From the IMG/VR virus record IMGVR_UViG_3300012677_000092: a stretch of DNA of 64,000 bases; one strand, given 5' to 3'. Under the pieces are notes generated by a model. That model saw only the letters and a program-made list of their open reading frames with translations. It was not told where the DNA came from and did not search any database. Origin of the DNA: a virus. The stretch's first letter is position 1. Every line of letters starts with the position of its first letter. Made by a program: the position numbers and the translations under genes. This document shows, one piece after another, positions 1 to 10,200 of the stretch.

Positions 1-6
1 CTCTTT

Positions 7-318
7 CTAAATTTGTGTTAACAGATACAAAATTCCTGCGCCAATAGCACCGCCGATTGCCCCCAGAACGGCATTCACAACTACCTTCGTTGAGTTTTTC
101 CACTTTGTAGCCGGTTCTTGTTCAAGCGTTTCCACCTTGTCTTTCAGGTCCATGACATTTTCACTTGTGTGGTGGACTTCCCCGACTAGCTGGACAAGGG
201 TATTCGACATCGTATGTATCTCATTCACTATTGGTTTCAATTCTTCAATTTGGTGCGTGTTACTTTTTGCCCTCTCTTCGACCTTTGTAAGCCTTTCTAC
301 AATTTCAATTTCATTCAC
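7..318 (-). CDS. Holin-like protein (BhlA/XhlA type)
   Basis: Coiled-coil N-terminus, single C-terminal Gly-rich TM helix, directly downstream of tail fibre. Confidence 0.7.
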   Translation of the reverse strand: MNEIEIVERLTKVEERAKSNTHQIEELKPIVNEIHTMSNTLVQLVGEVHHTSENVMDLKDKVETLEQEPATKWKNSTKVVVNAVLGAIGGAIGAGILYLLTQI

Positions 319-369
319 ATTCAGCTCGCCCCTTTCTGCAACAAAATAAGACCGTCTCCGGTCTTTCGT

Positions 370-3117
370 TTACCAGTTCCTAACATTTACGCCAATCAAT
401 ACCTTAACTAACTGAGTCTCTTCATTAATATTTAATACAAGATAACCATTTCCATCATCTGATAAGGTAGCTTCACCATTGTCATTTGGTTTGCATCTTT
501 TGTTAACTTCACAAGTTCCATCAGATCTGGTCATAAGCATACCCATAAATCCGATGCAGTCCCATTCTTTACGATCTTTCCTATGAACGTATTCCATATC
601 TGGATCATAATCTGGATTTACCTTATAGGTAGTAGTTAATTCTTTTACTGTTATGGTTTCACCGGTTTCCGGATCAATTTCTTCCCTTTCGACTTCAACC
701 TCTTCATAAATATAATCGCCGAATTCGTCCATTAAAAATTTTCCTCTCCACCCATCATCGTTATTGCCGATGACACATGGATTGGCAGATACAACACCAA
801 CTACATCTCTATCTGCAGATGTTGCTTTTCTTATTTTATCCCCTTCAAATACAACGAAGTATCCCCGACGATCTTCATCGTTTGGATTTCCGTCTGACCA
901 TTCCTGCCATTCTGCATAGTCTGCGCCTGTTGACTGATATGCTGCTTTAGCAATAACTGCACCTTCACCAGTAACACGCATAGCATTATTAACAGCTGAA
1001 GATGATGTTCCATTTCCTAATACGAAAAGTGTTCCTGTTGTTCCTGATGATGACGCTGCTGTGGCTAATGAAGTGTCGTTATAATGACCTGCGGCATGTT
1101 GATAAGTAAGGGCTGTTGTGCCATATCCTTCGGCATGTGAACCATAACCACTTGCTGTTGCGCTATATCCTTCAGCATGGGAATATTGTCCAGCAGCTTT
1201 TGTGCTATATCCTTCGGCATGCGCACCTATGCCACTTGCTGTTGTGCTTTGTCCTTCAGCATGGCTATAGTTTGCAGAAGCAGATGTACGATATCCTTCA
1301 GCATGGGAAGCTGTTCCGCTGGCTGCTGTAAGTGTGGATGCAGATAATCCACTACCTTCTGCATGTGCACCGGTTCCACTTGCACTCGTCCATTTACCTT
1401 CAGCGTGTGCACCTTCTCCTGATGCTGTTGTAACATATCCTTCGGCATGTCTGGCTGTTCCTGTACTAGCTGTACTATCAGTAGTTGTTACATATCCTTC
1501 TGTATGATCATAACCTGCATTTGCTGTTGAAAAGCCTTCGGCATGAGAAGCAACACCATTTGCTTCTGTATTATACCCTTCAGCATGAGCATAGTTAGCA
1601 CTTGACTTCGTCATATACCCTTCGGCATGAGATCCCGTATATGTAGCTGTACAAGAAAAACCTTCTGCATGAGACGCATTTCCGCTAGCTACGCAATACC
1701 CATTAGAACCACCACCACCGCCACCACCTTCGGCATGGGAAGCAGTACCAGTGGCTTGATTCCCAACATTGCCTTCAACATGGGCACCTATTCCACTGGC
1801 TGTTGTTCCATATCCTTCGGCATGAGAGTAGTCTCCACTGGCTGTTGTTCCATATCCTTCGGCATGAGTACCGATCCCAGTGGCAGATGTAAGTACGGTT
1901 GCAGATAATCCACTACCTTCAGCATGAGCACCTTGACCACTTGCACTCGTCCATTTACCTTCTGAATGTGCACCTTCTCCTGATGCTGTTGTGAGATATC
2001 CCTCAGCATGTCTAGCTGTTCCTGTGCTAGCTGTACTATCAGTAATTGACGAATATCCTTCGGTATGGTCATAGCTTGCATTTGCTGTTGTGCTACCGCC
2101 TTCAGCATGTGAATAAGTACCTAATGCTTTCGTACTTCCGCCTTCTGAGTGAGATGCTTCTCCTGATGCTGTTGTACTACTTCCTTCGGAATGAGAAGCT
2201 GTTCCGGTTGCTTTAGTACCACTACCTTCAGCATGTGAAGAATTTCCAGTTGCTTCTGTACCTCCCCCTTCAGCATGAGCCGCATCCTTTGTAGCTACAC
2301 TATATGCTCCTTCGACATGAGAATAATTTCCACTAGCTTCTGTACTATAACCTTCGGAGTGAGAATAATTTCCACCTGCTGTTGTGCTTTGCCCTTCTGA
2401 ATGAGATGCCGATCCAGTTGCTGTTGTACTAAATCCTTCAGCATGAGACTGAAGGCCATTACTTTGACTATATCTTCCTTCAGCATGAGAATAATCACCA
2501 GCTGCTACTGTATTATAACCTTCAGCATTAGAAGAATTTCCATTAGCTTCACATGAACTTCCAAGTGCAGTAGAATTACTCCCTACTGTTGTACCGCTTT
2601 TTCTACCCATAGAAAGGGAACTCGTAAAAACCGGATTCTCCTTATCTGCTTTTTTACTTACTTCTGCTTCGAACTCCTGTTGTAGCACATACAAAACACT
2701 TTCACCGGCAATTGTTATGTTACTTGCATTGCTGATTTGCAAAGAAATCCGTAGCCTTCTTTCTACTCTGGCAAAAGTTCCACCCGAAGGTATCAGATCT
2801 GCTTCATCTCCGGCATTTGCATATGCATACAAAACTTCCGTGCCATCGCATTCCGCAAATATACCAAGTTCCCGGAAATAATAATCCTGCTGATACATTG
2901 TATTATTCAAGTCGATTTCCAGTGTACACGACTTAGCATTGACGGACTTTCCGCTTATAGGCAACGAAAACAGTCCGTTTATCATCTCTTCCACTTCAAC
3001 ATTTGTTTGCTTACCATCTCCAATTACAGCTTTGGTAAACTGTAGATTCAAACCACTTTGGGCCTTATTTAATGCTGCAATTCCTTTTTCTGTCATGTTT
3101 ATTTCGGTAAATGCCAT
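370..3117 (-). CDS. Tail fibre/spike with 14-aa HAEG (YadA/Hep-Hag-like) repeats and C-terminal peptidase G2-like autoproteolytic chaperone domain
   Basis: N-terminal phage tail-collar-like region, dozens of xxAxGxxSHAEG repeats, C-terminal GADYAEW...VGVVSANP...NPDYDP...W; start reassigned to ATG at 3117. Confidence 0.85.
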   Translation of the reverse strand: MAFTEINMTEKGIAALNKAQSGLNLQFTKAVIGDGKQTNVEVEEMINGLFSLPISGKSVNAKSCTLEIDLNNTMYQQDYYFRELGIFAECDGTEVLYAYANAGDEADLIPSGGTFARVERRLRISLQISNASNITIAGESVLYVLQQEFEAEVSKKADKENPVFTSSLSMGRKSGTTVGSNSTALGSSCEANGNSSNAEGYNTVAAGDYSHAEGRYSQSNGLQSHAEGFSTTATGSASHSEGQSTTAGGNYSHSEGYSTEASGNYSHVEGAYSVATKDAAHAEGGGTEATGNSSHAEGSGTKATGTASHSEGSSTTASGEASHSEGGSTKALGTYSHAEGGSTTANASYDHTEGYSSITDSTASTGTARHAEGYLTTASGEGAHSEGKWTSASGQGAHAEGSGLSATVLTSATGIGTHAEGYGTTASGDYSHAEGYGTTASGIGAHVEGNVGNQATGTASHAEGGGGGGGSNGYCVASGNASHAEGFSCTATYTGSHAEGYMTKSSANYAHAEGYNTEANGVASHAEGFSTANAGYDHTEGYVTTTDSTASTGTARHAEGYVTTASGEGAHAEGKWTSASGTGAHAEGSGLSASTLTAASGTASHAEGYRTSASANYSHAEGQSTTASGIGAHAEGYSTKAAGQYSHAEGYSATASGYGSHAEGYGTTALTYQHAAGHYNDTSLATAASSSGTTGTLFVLGNGTSSSAVNNAMRVTGEGAVIAKAAYQSTGADYAEWQEWSDGNPNDEDRRGYFVVFEGDKIRKATSADRDVVGVVSANPCVIGNNDDGWRGKFLMDEFGDYIYEEVEVEREEIDPETGETITVKELTTTYKVNPDYDPDMEYVHRKDRKEWDCIGFMGMLMTRSDGTCEVNKRCKPNDNGEATLSDDGNGYLVLNINEETQLVKVLIGVNVRNW
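1322..2085. repeat. Internal duplications in the tail fibre gene (561-bp-offset block and 42-bp tandem unit)
   Basis: gcagataatccactaccttc at 1340 and 1901; ctagctgtactatcagta at 1466 and 2027; 34 identical nt at 1793-1826 and 1835-1868. Confidence 0.9.
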
Positions 3118-3119
3118 AC

Positions 3120-3677
3120 CTATACCTGCCTTTGCTCTAAATTTAACACTTCTGCTTCTTGTAATGTGCAGCCACAATAAGCCATTGTTACTGTATTTTC
3201 AGTAGTAAAAAACAATACATGGGATTGCTTAATAGCCATTAACGATTCAATTACACTTCCAATGCTATAATTAGTGCTGCCAGGAGATATCTGAACTTCA
3301 AACTGATTAACAGCTTTAGAGTCATCAATATAGATTTCTCTTCCTGTTATTTTTGAAAGTATTAATTCCATACGATATGGTGTCATTGGGAACTTCGAAT
3401 CTCTTGCTTTGTATATCAGATTCCTTCGCTCTTCATATACTAAATCCTCTCTCACCGCTAATCCGTATTTTTCTTCGTGATAACGCAATCCCCATGTGGC
3501 CGTTTCCGGGAATGCCTGAGAAATAAGTTCTTCAGTCTTACTCCTCGAATCCTCCATCTCCAATCCCATGACTTGGAACAACCATTTCCCAACATACGAC
3601 TTATCATAATATCCAGATGTTACGGTTCCTAACATGCGCTTCGCCGTCTCACATGTAGGGAAATTTTCTAAATCCAT
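3120..3677 (-). CDS. Baseplate protein (DUF2313/YmfQ-like)
   Basis: PETATWGLRYHEEKYGL motif; position after baseplate J. Confidence 0.75.
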   Translation of the reverse strand: MDLENFPTCETAKRMLGTVTSGYYDKSYVGKWLFQVMGLEMEDSRSKTEELISQAFPETATWGLRYHEEKYGLAVREDLVYEERRNLIYKARDSKFPMTPYRMELILSKITGREIYIDDSKAVNQFEVQISPGSTNYSIGSVIESLMAIKQSHVLFFTTENTVTMAYCGCTLQEAEVLNLEQRQV

Positions 3678-3689
3678 TAAACGTCCCTC

Positions 3690-4814
3690 CTAACTATTAA
3701 AAATGATCTTATCGGTAGCTGCATACTCATATCCATCCAATACAATATTGTCTGTAGAGTCATCCATTCTGAAATTATCAAAATCAAGAACGCCACTTAT
3801 ATTTGACAATATCGCATGTACTTGATTGTAACGTACTAAATTACTATTTTTTGCTAAATAATAATACAAGATTAAAGACTCTTTAAAATCTGCAATTACC
3901 CGTTCCAGATTGGTACTGCTGTCAAAGACTAAATTCTCACATGAGTATGAAATCAGCTTTGTATCTGCTGCGACCACAGTAAGCTCTGCACATCCGGTCG
4001 GAAGGAGCCTTTTAGAACGGTCACTTGGGGAAACAATATGATTATATACATCTGTTACCAACTGATCGTTTGCCGGCTGGCCGTTAGAGTCTACCAAGGC
4101 CAGTTTTACAGTCCCCGGGCCGTTCCATGTCGGAATTACAATACAGTCCCCTATTCCCACTACTTCTTTCGCCCAACGCTTATAATCGCTGTCATTTCCG
4201 ATATAGGAGGACCCCTCGGATTCGTTAGCTTCATTGATACGGATTCTAAATGCGTCATCTGTTTCCTCATCCGTGCCACCTGTGATCCTTTCTGCGTTCA
4301 ATATGCTCGTGATTCCATCAATCGGCTTCAGCATAAGCGTAATGGTCCCTGCCAATACGTTTGAAACGGTTCCAGGCTCTTCTGCTGTAATGGGAAGCGT
4401 AACGCTACCATCCTCCGGTATCACTATACTTTCATCAACAATATAGGAAACTGACGGAGCAGAATCTGTTGCCTGCGTACATATGCCGAACCCTTTCTCA
4501 ATCACTGTTCCGAGACTTCCCTCAATTGTCACGTAACCTCTTGCATATCCAGCCTCTTTTCTAGTAAGCCCTGCCTGCGACCCATGCAGGTCAAGCCATT
4601 CTCCCCACGCCCACATTGGGAACATAAGCATGAGTGTCTGAACCAGCTGATATTGGATTAATTCAGATTTTACAATTGCCGTTGGCATTGTGAAATCATA
4701 CGGAAACCCACCAGGCATGTCATCTATATCATCCGGCAGTACAGCCATCATACGTTCATGTATGCTTTCCACATCATTTTCGTCAATAAATTCAGGTGCA
4801 ACAAACTCTGCCAT
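3690..4814 (-). CDS. Baseplate J/gp47 family protein
   Basis: GEWLDLHG...RK.A, GGTDEETDDAFR.RI, WNGPGTVKL motifs. Confidence 0.9.
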   Translation of the reverse strand: MAEFVAPEFIDENDVESIHERMMAVLPDDIDDMPGGFPYDFTMPTAIVKSELIQYQLVQTLMLMFPMWAWGEWLDLHGSQAGLTRKEAGYARGYVTIEGSLGTVIEKGFGICTQATDSAPSVSYIVDESIVIPEDGSVTLPITAEEPGTVSNVLAGTITLMLKPIDGITSILNAERITGGTDEETDDAFRIRINEANESEGSSYIGNDSDYKRWAKEVVGIGDCIVIPTWNGPGTVKLALVDSNGQPANDQLVTDVYNHIVSPSDRSKRLLPTGCAELTVVAADTKLISYSCENLVFDSSTNLERVIADFKESLILYYYLAKNSNLVRYNQVHAILSNISGVLDFDNFRMDDSTDNIVLDGYEYAATDKIIFNS

Positions 4815-4818
4815 GCTA

Positions 4819-5280
4819 TCAACCTCCCATCCCTATCTCTAAGTTTTCTATTTCAAATTCCTCATAGTCCAAGCCTTGAACCGTGAATGAACAATATAGG
4901 CTCCCAGAATCCCATGTGAATTCAAAATTCTTTACCGATTCCGTCCTTGGATTTACCATCAATGCTTCCGTTATCTCCCTTTCAACAACAGATTCCACAG
5001 CTTCATGAGTGTCTTCCTCAAAAGCTTCATCCATTTCCGTGCCTATCTCTTCCGGATATGCAAGGCAGGAATACCGAGGGGTATTTACTACTTTTACACA
5101 CCACTGCATATATGCTTCAAATCCTGTTGCCTCTGTCATGCGACCGGCACCATCCATCCTGAAATCTCCGGTTTCTATATCAAAAAAGACACTGCGTTTA
5201 TATTGTTCTTCTGCAATGTCTTCTTCTTCATCCAAGTCCGGCACATCAAAAACAGGAAATAATCCAATATCTTCATCCAT
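4819..5280 (-). CDS. Baseplate wedge protein (XkdS/DUF2634-like)
   Basis: REITEALMVNPR...V.NFEF motif, size and synteny. Confidence 0.75.
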   Translation of the reverse strand: MDEDIGLFPVFDVPDLDEEEDIAEEQYKRSVFFDIETGDFRMDGAGRMTEATGFEAYMQWCVKVVNTPRYSCLAYPEEIGTEMDEAFEEDTHEAVESVVEREITEALMVNPRTESVKNFEFTWDSGSLYCSFTVQGLDYEEFEIENLEIGMGG

Positions 5281-5292
5281 GTAACACCCCTC

Positions 5293-5574
5293 CTATAATT
5301 CTTTTCCGGATGCAATTACACATATGACAACCGGGGTATCATGTACCCAGACAACAAGCACTCTGTCACCGGACTTCAACTTACTGTCTTCCCCTAAAAG
5401 TAAATGGTTCAAAACATAATCCTGCTTTGGGACCGGAAGCCTGAAAGTATCCGTCACCAGAGAACCATTCTTCGTTATCTGTCCAAACTCAAAGTCCTGC
5501 GGTGAAGCCGATTGTTCCCCCATCCTTTGTGCCAATACCCTTGCCAATTTGTTTACGCCAGGATTATTCGCCAT
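5293..5574 (-). CDS. Baseplate spike-like small protein (XkdR-like)
   Basis: LKSGDRVLVV motif, synteny. Confidence 0.6.
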   Translation of the reverse strand: MANNPGVNKLARVLAQRMGEQSASPQDFEFGQITKNGSLVTDTFRLPVPKQDYVLNHLLLGEDSKLKSGDRVLVVWVHDTPVVICVIASGKEL

Positions 5575-5586
5575 GAAACCGCCTCC

Positions 5587-6582
5587 CTATACATGTTCAA
5601 TTTCCATAGTCATAGTTGCATCATCACAATAGTGCCTGATAGAGACAACGTAAAAGTATCCCTTAATAAACTCTGTATTGACATGGATTTTGTCACCTTT
5701 CTTGATGAATGGCACATCCGGAGATTCCAGAGTAATTGTTCTGCTCGGCTTCCCATCTTCATCAAGTATCTTTTCAGCTTCCTTCTTTGCATCGGCAACA
5801 CTATCATCTTTGGGCTTTACATATATCTTTTGCCTGATGCCATATTTAGTATCACCGTCCACGATTGCCTCCGTGCTGGATTTTCCATCATCATCCTCTT
5901 GCCCGATTACCTTTACCCTTGTAACCATGCCGGATATGCTTTGCTTATAGCTTACCATTTCTGTATTTAATGCCGCAAAATGGTATACATCCTTATTTGT
6001 TCCTCGTTGCAGCACCTGTACTTTCCCTTTTTCTGAGCGGATAAGGTACTTATTCTTGCTTTTTGTACTGGCTTCATCCAGTATTTCCAGTACGATATTG
6101 CTGAGTGTTTGATTTCTGTACGCCATTTTTGCATGTTCAATGTTTGGTCCTTCATATTTTGACACCGGTATTTTCCAGTCATTGAATATTTTCATTAATG
6201 CGGTCTTTGTACTCGTTCCTTTGCTGAAATAGTAATTGTCTTGGCTTTCCTGAAAGAAATAAAGGTTATCATATGCCCCAAACTCAAAATTGTTCTTCGT
6301 GTGATTACGGCTAACCTCCCAGTCAACAACCGTTCCTCTCGCTACCTCTTTCTTTTTTCCACCAGTGGAAACCAATATTCTGACCAGACAGCCATTTTTA
6401 ATTATGGATGATACTCTTTTTCCTTTATATTTTCCATTACCCATAGTGCCGTTAATATGGGTTGCCAGTTCCCCTTTTCCTTCTTCCCATCCACCATCCT
6501 GTACCATGCCGGTAATGTCATATTGTTTTTTATCAGGAGTCAGCAGCACAAAGGTGTAAGATAATTTCCCTACATTAATCAA
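5587..6582 (-). CDS. Baseplate hub protein (XkdQ/YqbQ-like)
   Basis: YDNLYFFQESQD, TRVKVIG, YGIRQKI motifs; synteny. Confidence 0.8.
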   Translation of the reverse strand: MINVGKLSYTFVLLTPDKKQYDITGMVQDGGWEEGKGELATHINGTMGNGKYKGKRVSSIIKNGCLVRILVSTGGKKKEVARGTVVDWEVSRNHTKNNFEFGAYDNLYFFQESQDNYYFSKGTSTKTALMKIFNDWKIPVSKYEGPNIEHAKMAYRNQTLSNIVLEILDEASTKSKNKYLIRSEKGKVQVLQRGTNKDVYHFAALNTEMVSYKQSISGMVTRVKVIGQEDDDGKSSTEAIVDGDTKYGIRQKIYVKPKDDSVADAKKEAEKILDEDGKPSRTITLESPDVPFIKKGDKIHVNTEFIKGYFYVVSIRHYCDDATMTMEIEHV

Positions 6583-6593
6583 TGTGCCACCTC

Positions 6594-7277
6594 CTATGCT
6601 GCCGGCAGGGTCAATTTCTGCCCTGGGAATATCAAACTGCCATTGTTTGAGCTTTTGTATCCCTTCTTCTTTGCCGTATCCTCAATGCTTTTTTTGTTCA
6701 GGCTGTATATCTCTGACCATCGGCTGCCATTTCCAAGTTTACTCTGTGCAATTTTCCAGAGACTATCACCGCTTATCACGGTATATGTTCCACCATTTTT
6801 TTGTGTAGAAGGACGTGAATTAGTAGAGCTTTTCTTTTTCTTCTTTTTCAGCTCCTTCATGGTTTTAATTTTCAGTGCATTGTACTGGGTGAACTCAATG
6901 GAATAAGCCAGATCACCGAAAGCACCTTCACTATTAGTCGTCAGCTTGGAAATGGTGACATCTATATTTATGTTCGTTCCAGTAACCAATAGTTTCAACG
7001 GCGTTCCTTTGTTCAGCCATCTTCTTAAAGTTTTTTCACAAGCTTTAGGTCCAGTCCATTTTCGGATGTAGCTTTGTTTTTTTCTGGCAGCACCAAAGAA
7101 AATACCATCCCATGAAACTTCAACGCATTCCTTGCCTTTCGGTAATTTGGATGTATTACCGTTTAACAGGTCATGAGTCTTATATTTTGCTGACCTGTTC
7201 ACAGTAATCCTTTCCGGAAGGGATGGAAACGTAAAGGAATTTTTCTTGTTCCCGATTTCTTTCAAAGTTATATTCAT
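6594..7277 (-). CDS. LysM-domain tail tube initiator (XkdP-like)
   Basis: C-terminal YTVISGDSLWKIA...IFPGQKLTLP LysM; start reassigned to ATG 7277. Confidence 0.85.
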   Translation of the reverse strand: MNITLKEIGNKKNSFTFPSLPERITVNRSAKYKTHDLLNGNTSKLPKGKECVEVSWDGIFFGAARKKQSYIRKWTGPKACEKTLRRWLNKGTPLKLLVTGTNINIDVTISKLTTNSEGAFGDLAYSIEFTQYNALKIKTMKELKKKKKKSSTNSRPSTQKNGGTYTVISGDSLWKIAQSKLGNGSRWSEIYSLNKKSIEDTAKKKGYKSSNNGSLIFPGQKLTLPAA

Positions 7278-7281
7278 CTCT

Positions 7282-10200
7282 TTACGCCTCCTTCGTTGGC
7301 ATGTTGTTAAATACCTTTTGTAGCCGTTCTGCCAGTTCATCCCCAAGTTCATCTGCCATTTCACGAATATGGGATTTCAGCACTGACACAATGCTTGATT
7401 CATCGGATGCCTGTTCCCCGCTTATCTCAAATGTTGGGGACATGTTGACTGAAATCTGGATTCCTCCCATCCCACCCGTATTTGGGGAAACATTGCTTCC
7501 AGATTGACCTCCTGCATAATCAGGTGTTTCATCCTCACCATATAGGTCTGAGAACTCCTTATATCCTCTGGGTTGGCTTGAAATTGCCTTGCTGATATAA
7601 TTTAAGTCCTCATTGTTTGAGAGGGAATTTGAGGAGGTTTGACCAATCACTCCACCGTTTGCATATTTCTTTACGCCTAGAAGTTCTCCTGCCTTTTCCC
7701 ACAGGCTCAATCCTCGCCCTCTCCTTTTACTTCCAAGTGGGATTATTGCTTCCGGTCCGTCCTCACCAACCCAGCTAAGCAATGGACCGTTTACAATACT
7801 TCCTTCAGCGTTTGATGCGATACTTGCATTTACTGTTGCGGTACCAGAGCCGCCACCGGAAAAGCTAATTGTTGCCGTAGGATTTGCCAGCTTATAATCC
7901 GCTGTAATCGTTACACCTGTTGTCGTGTTAAATCCGGGTGCATAAGCGGCATCTATCGCTGTGCCAGTATTTGATTTCAATCCATCAATTGCAGAATTAA
8001 TAGGAGACATATCGGTATTTGAAATAGCACTTCCTATTCCGTTTCCAATACTTGTTCCAAGAGGTCCCGTTATTTCTTCGAATGATTCCGCACTGGTTTT
8101 CGCTAGAATTGAATCTTTTATCGCGGATACCACATTTTCACCTAAACCATCAAAAGTTAAGAGATCTAAATTATTTAGTTTTGTTACAAGATCGCTTGTA
8201 AGCCATTCCGTGTCAAGTTTATCTCCCATCAATTCCTTGAAAATATCTTCCGGCATGGATTTTGCAAGTTCACCCATCATTTCGGCAATTGCTTGTTGCG
8301 TCTCTGTACCCAGGTTCTCCAGTCCAAGCCATTCCACTGCGGAACTTAATCCCTCTTCGGTTCCCCATGTCGTAGGGTCTACACCATTCGCCATTGCTTC
8401 TTTCATGGCAGCCCCTAACTTCTCTGATGTGCTTCCTTTCATTTCCGGGAGTATTCCGTCCAGTTCCTTTGCATATGCATTTGCAATTGCATCTAACTGG
8501 AAGTTTTCCATTCGAGTATTCATATCTGCAATATTTTGGTCATATGCTGCATTGATCTCTTGCCATTTAGTATTATACTCTTCAAGATCCATCGGGTTAT
8601 CTGTACCTGCCCTCTGGGATCTCTCATAGTTAAGGTTTGTATATGCGGTTTCTGCTGCCTGTAAATAGCCTGCTTCTGCATTGGTTTTATATTCCTGTAG
8701 CCCTCCCTGCAGCTGCTTGAAACTATCTACCGTCATGCCGGCTCCGCCGAACTTTAACTCAAGGACATTAAGCTTCGCCTCATTTTCCGCATTAGAAATC
8801 TGATTCATGATACCCATAATTTTTTCCTGATATTCCGAAATAATCTTCTGTTCGTCCACATCGATAATACCATCTTCAAGGGCGCTGCTTACCGCTTTGG
8901 ACAATTCATTCCCGTATCCATTCAATTCTTCCTGGATGGTGGCATACGTCTCGTCTATCCCGGACATGAATTCAGGGTTGCCGTCCGTCCCGAAGAGAAG
9001 GTCGATTGAAACTTTTGCTTCATAGTGCTTATCTTCCAAATATGTTAACGCATTCTGTACCAGTTCATCCATGCCAGCCTTATACGAATCTATCTCCGTA
9101 TCATTTAACTTTAGCCCAAGACCAGCCTTCCAATTCAGTTTATCAATAGAAGAAATGGTGCTTTTTAAGTTTACCATACTCTGTTCTGTCTTCTCTGCCG
9201 CTTCTGAAAACCTTTCAAATTCCTGTATCTTATCTCCGTATACCAGTTTTTCAGACAATTCAGCAATTTCCTGCATGGAAAGTTCAATATCACCAAAGTG
9301 GGATTTCAGGTTTTTCCCTACCTGCTCTGAAAGAATCTGGCTTGCCTGCTCACTGGTAATCAACCCATTTGCAACATCTTCCACGGCTTGCTTCATTTCT
9401 TTTGTTTCATATTTTGCCTTCTCCTGTGAAATTGCCAATCTTTTTGCTGCATCTGCGGCCATTGCTGCCTTGAATTCCTCCGCCGCCTCCGCTTTCCGCA
9501 ATTCTTCCTCATAGTTTTCCTTAATTTTTTCCCCACCAAGATATCCAACAATGCCTCCAATGCCTGCGCCGACCAGGGTTCCCACTCCAGGAAGTATCAT
9601 TGTCCCAATAGCTGCTCCAGCCCCAACACCAGCTAGTTTTGCAGCTCCTGAATCCTGATACACCTTGGATTTTTTTGTATCATCTGTTGTAAAGGCTTCT
9701 TTGTAATCCTTAAATGAACTAAATAAGGTAGCTGCAGCTGCAACTCCTCCGGCTACGCTACCCGCCCCCAAAGCCGCAAGTCCTGCACCTGAAGATGCAA
9801 CACCAGCTCCTCCAAGTTTAGCTCCAATGCTTGCAAGGCCTCCCATAAGACCAGAACCGGTCATCATGCCTGTTCCTGCAATTTCGGCCCCCGTGGATGC
9901 GGAACCAATAACCTTCCCAAGCAGGCCTCCCGTAGCACTCCCGGTCACTGCCTTTCCGATGCTGAAGGCTCCTTTTCCCATAGAGAGAAGAGGACTCGCT
10001 GCTTTTGCAATCAAAGCAGCCGATATCCATGAAGATATGTCCGGAGATTCTCCACCCGGTAGAATCTTCCCCGCACTGGAAAAGATTCCTTTTATGGCGT
10101 TCATAACAGCTTCTTTCACCGCTTCACCGTCAAATCCTTCTGCAAATCCCTTAGCGAACGAGGCACCTATGCTGGTGGCTTCCCCTTCAACCCCTGATAC

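Noticed and set aside
1705-1730. Poly-Gly run as a phase-variable homopolymer tract
   Set aside because: Encoded by mixed GGT/GGC codons, not a mononucleotide run.
370-3117. Diversity-generating retroelement or invertible shufflon acting on the tail fibre
   Set aside because: No reverse transcriptase, template repeat or invertase in the window; the repeats are in-frame coding duplications.
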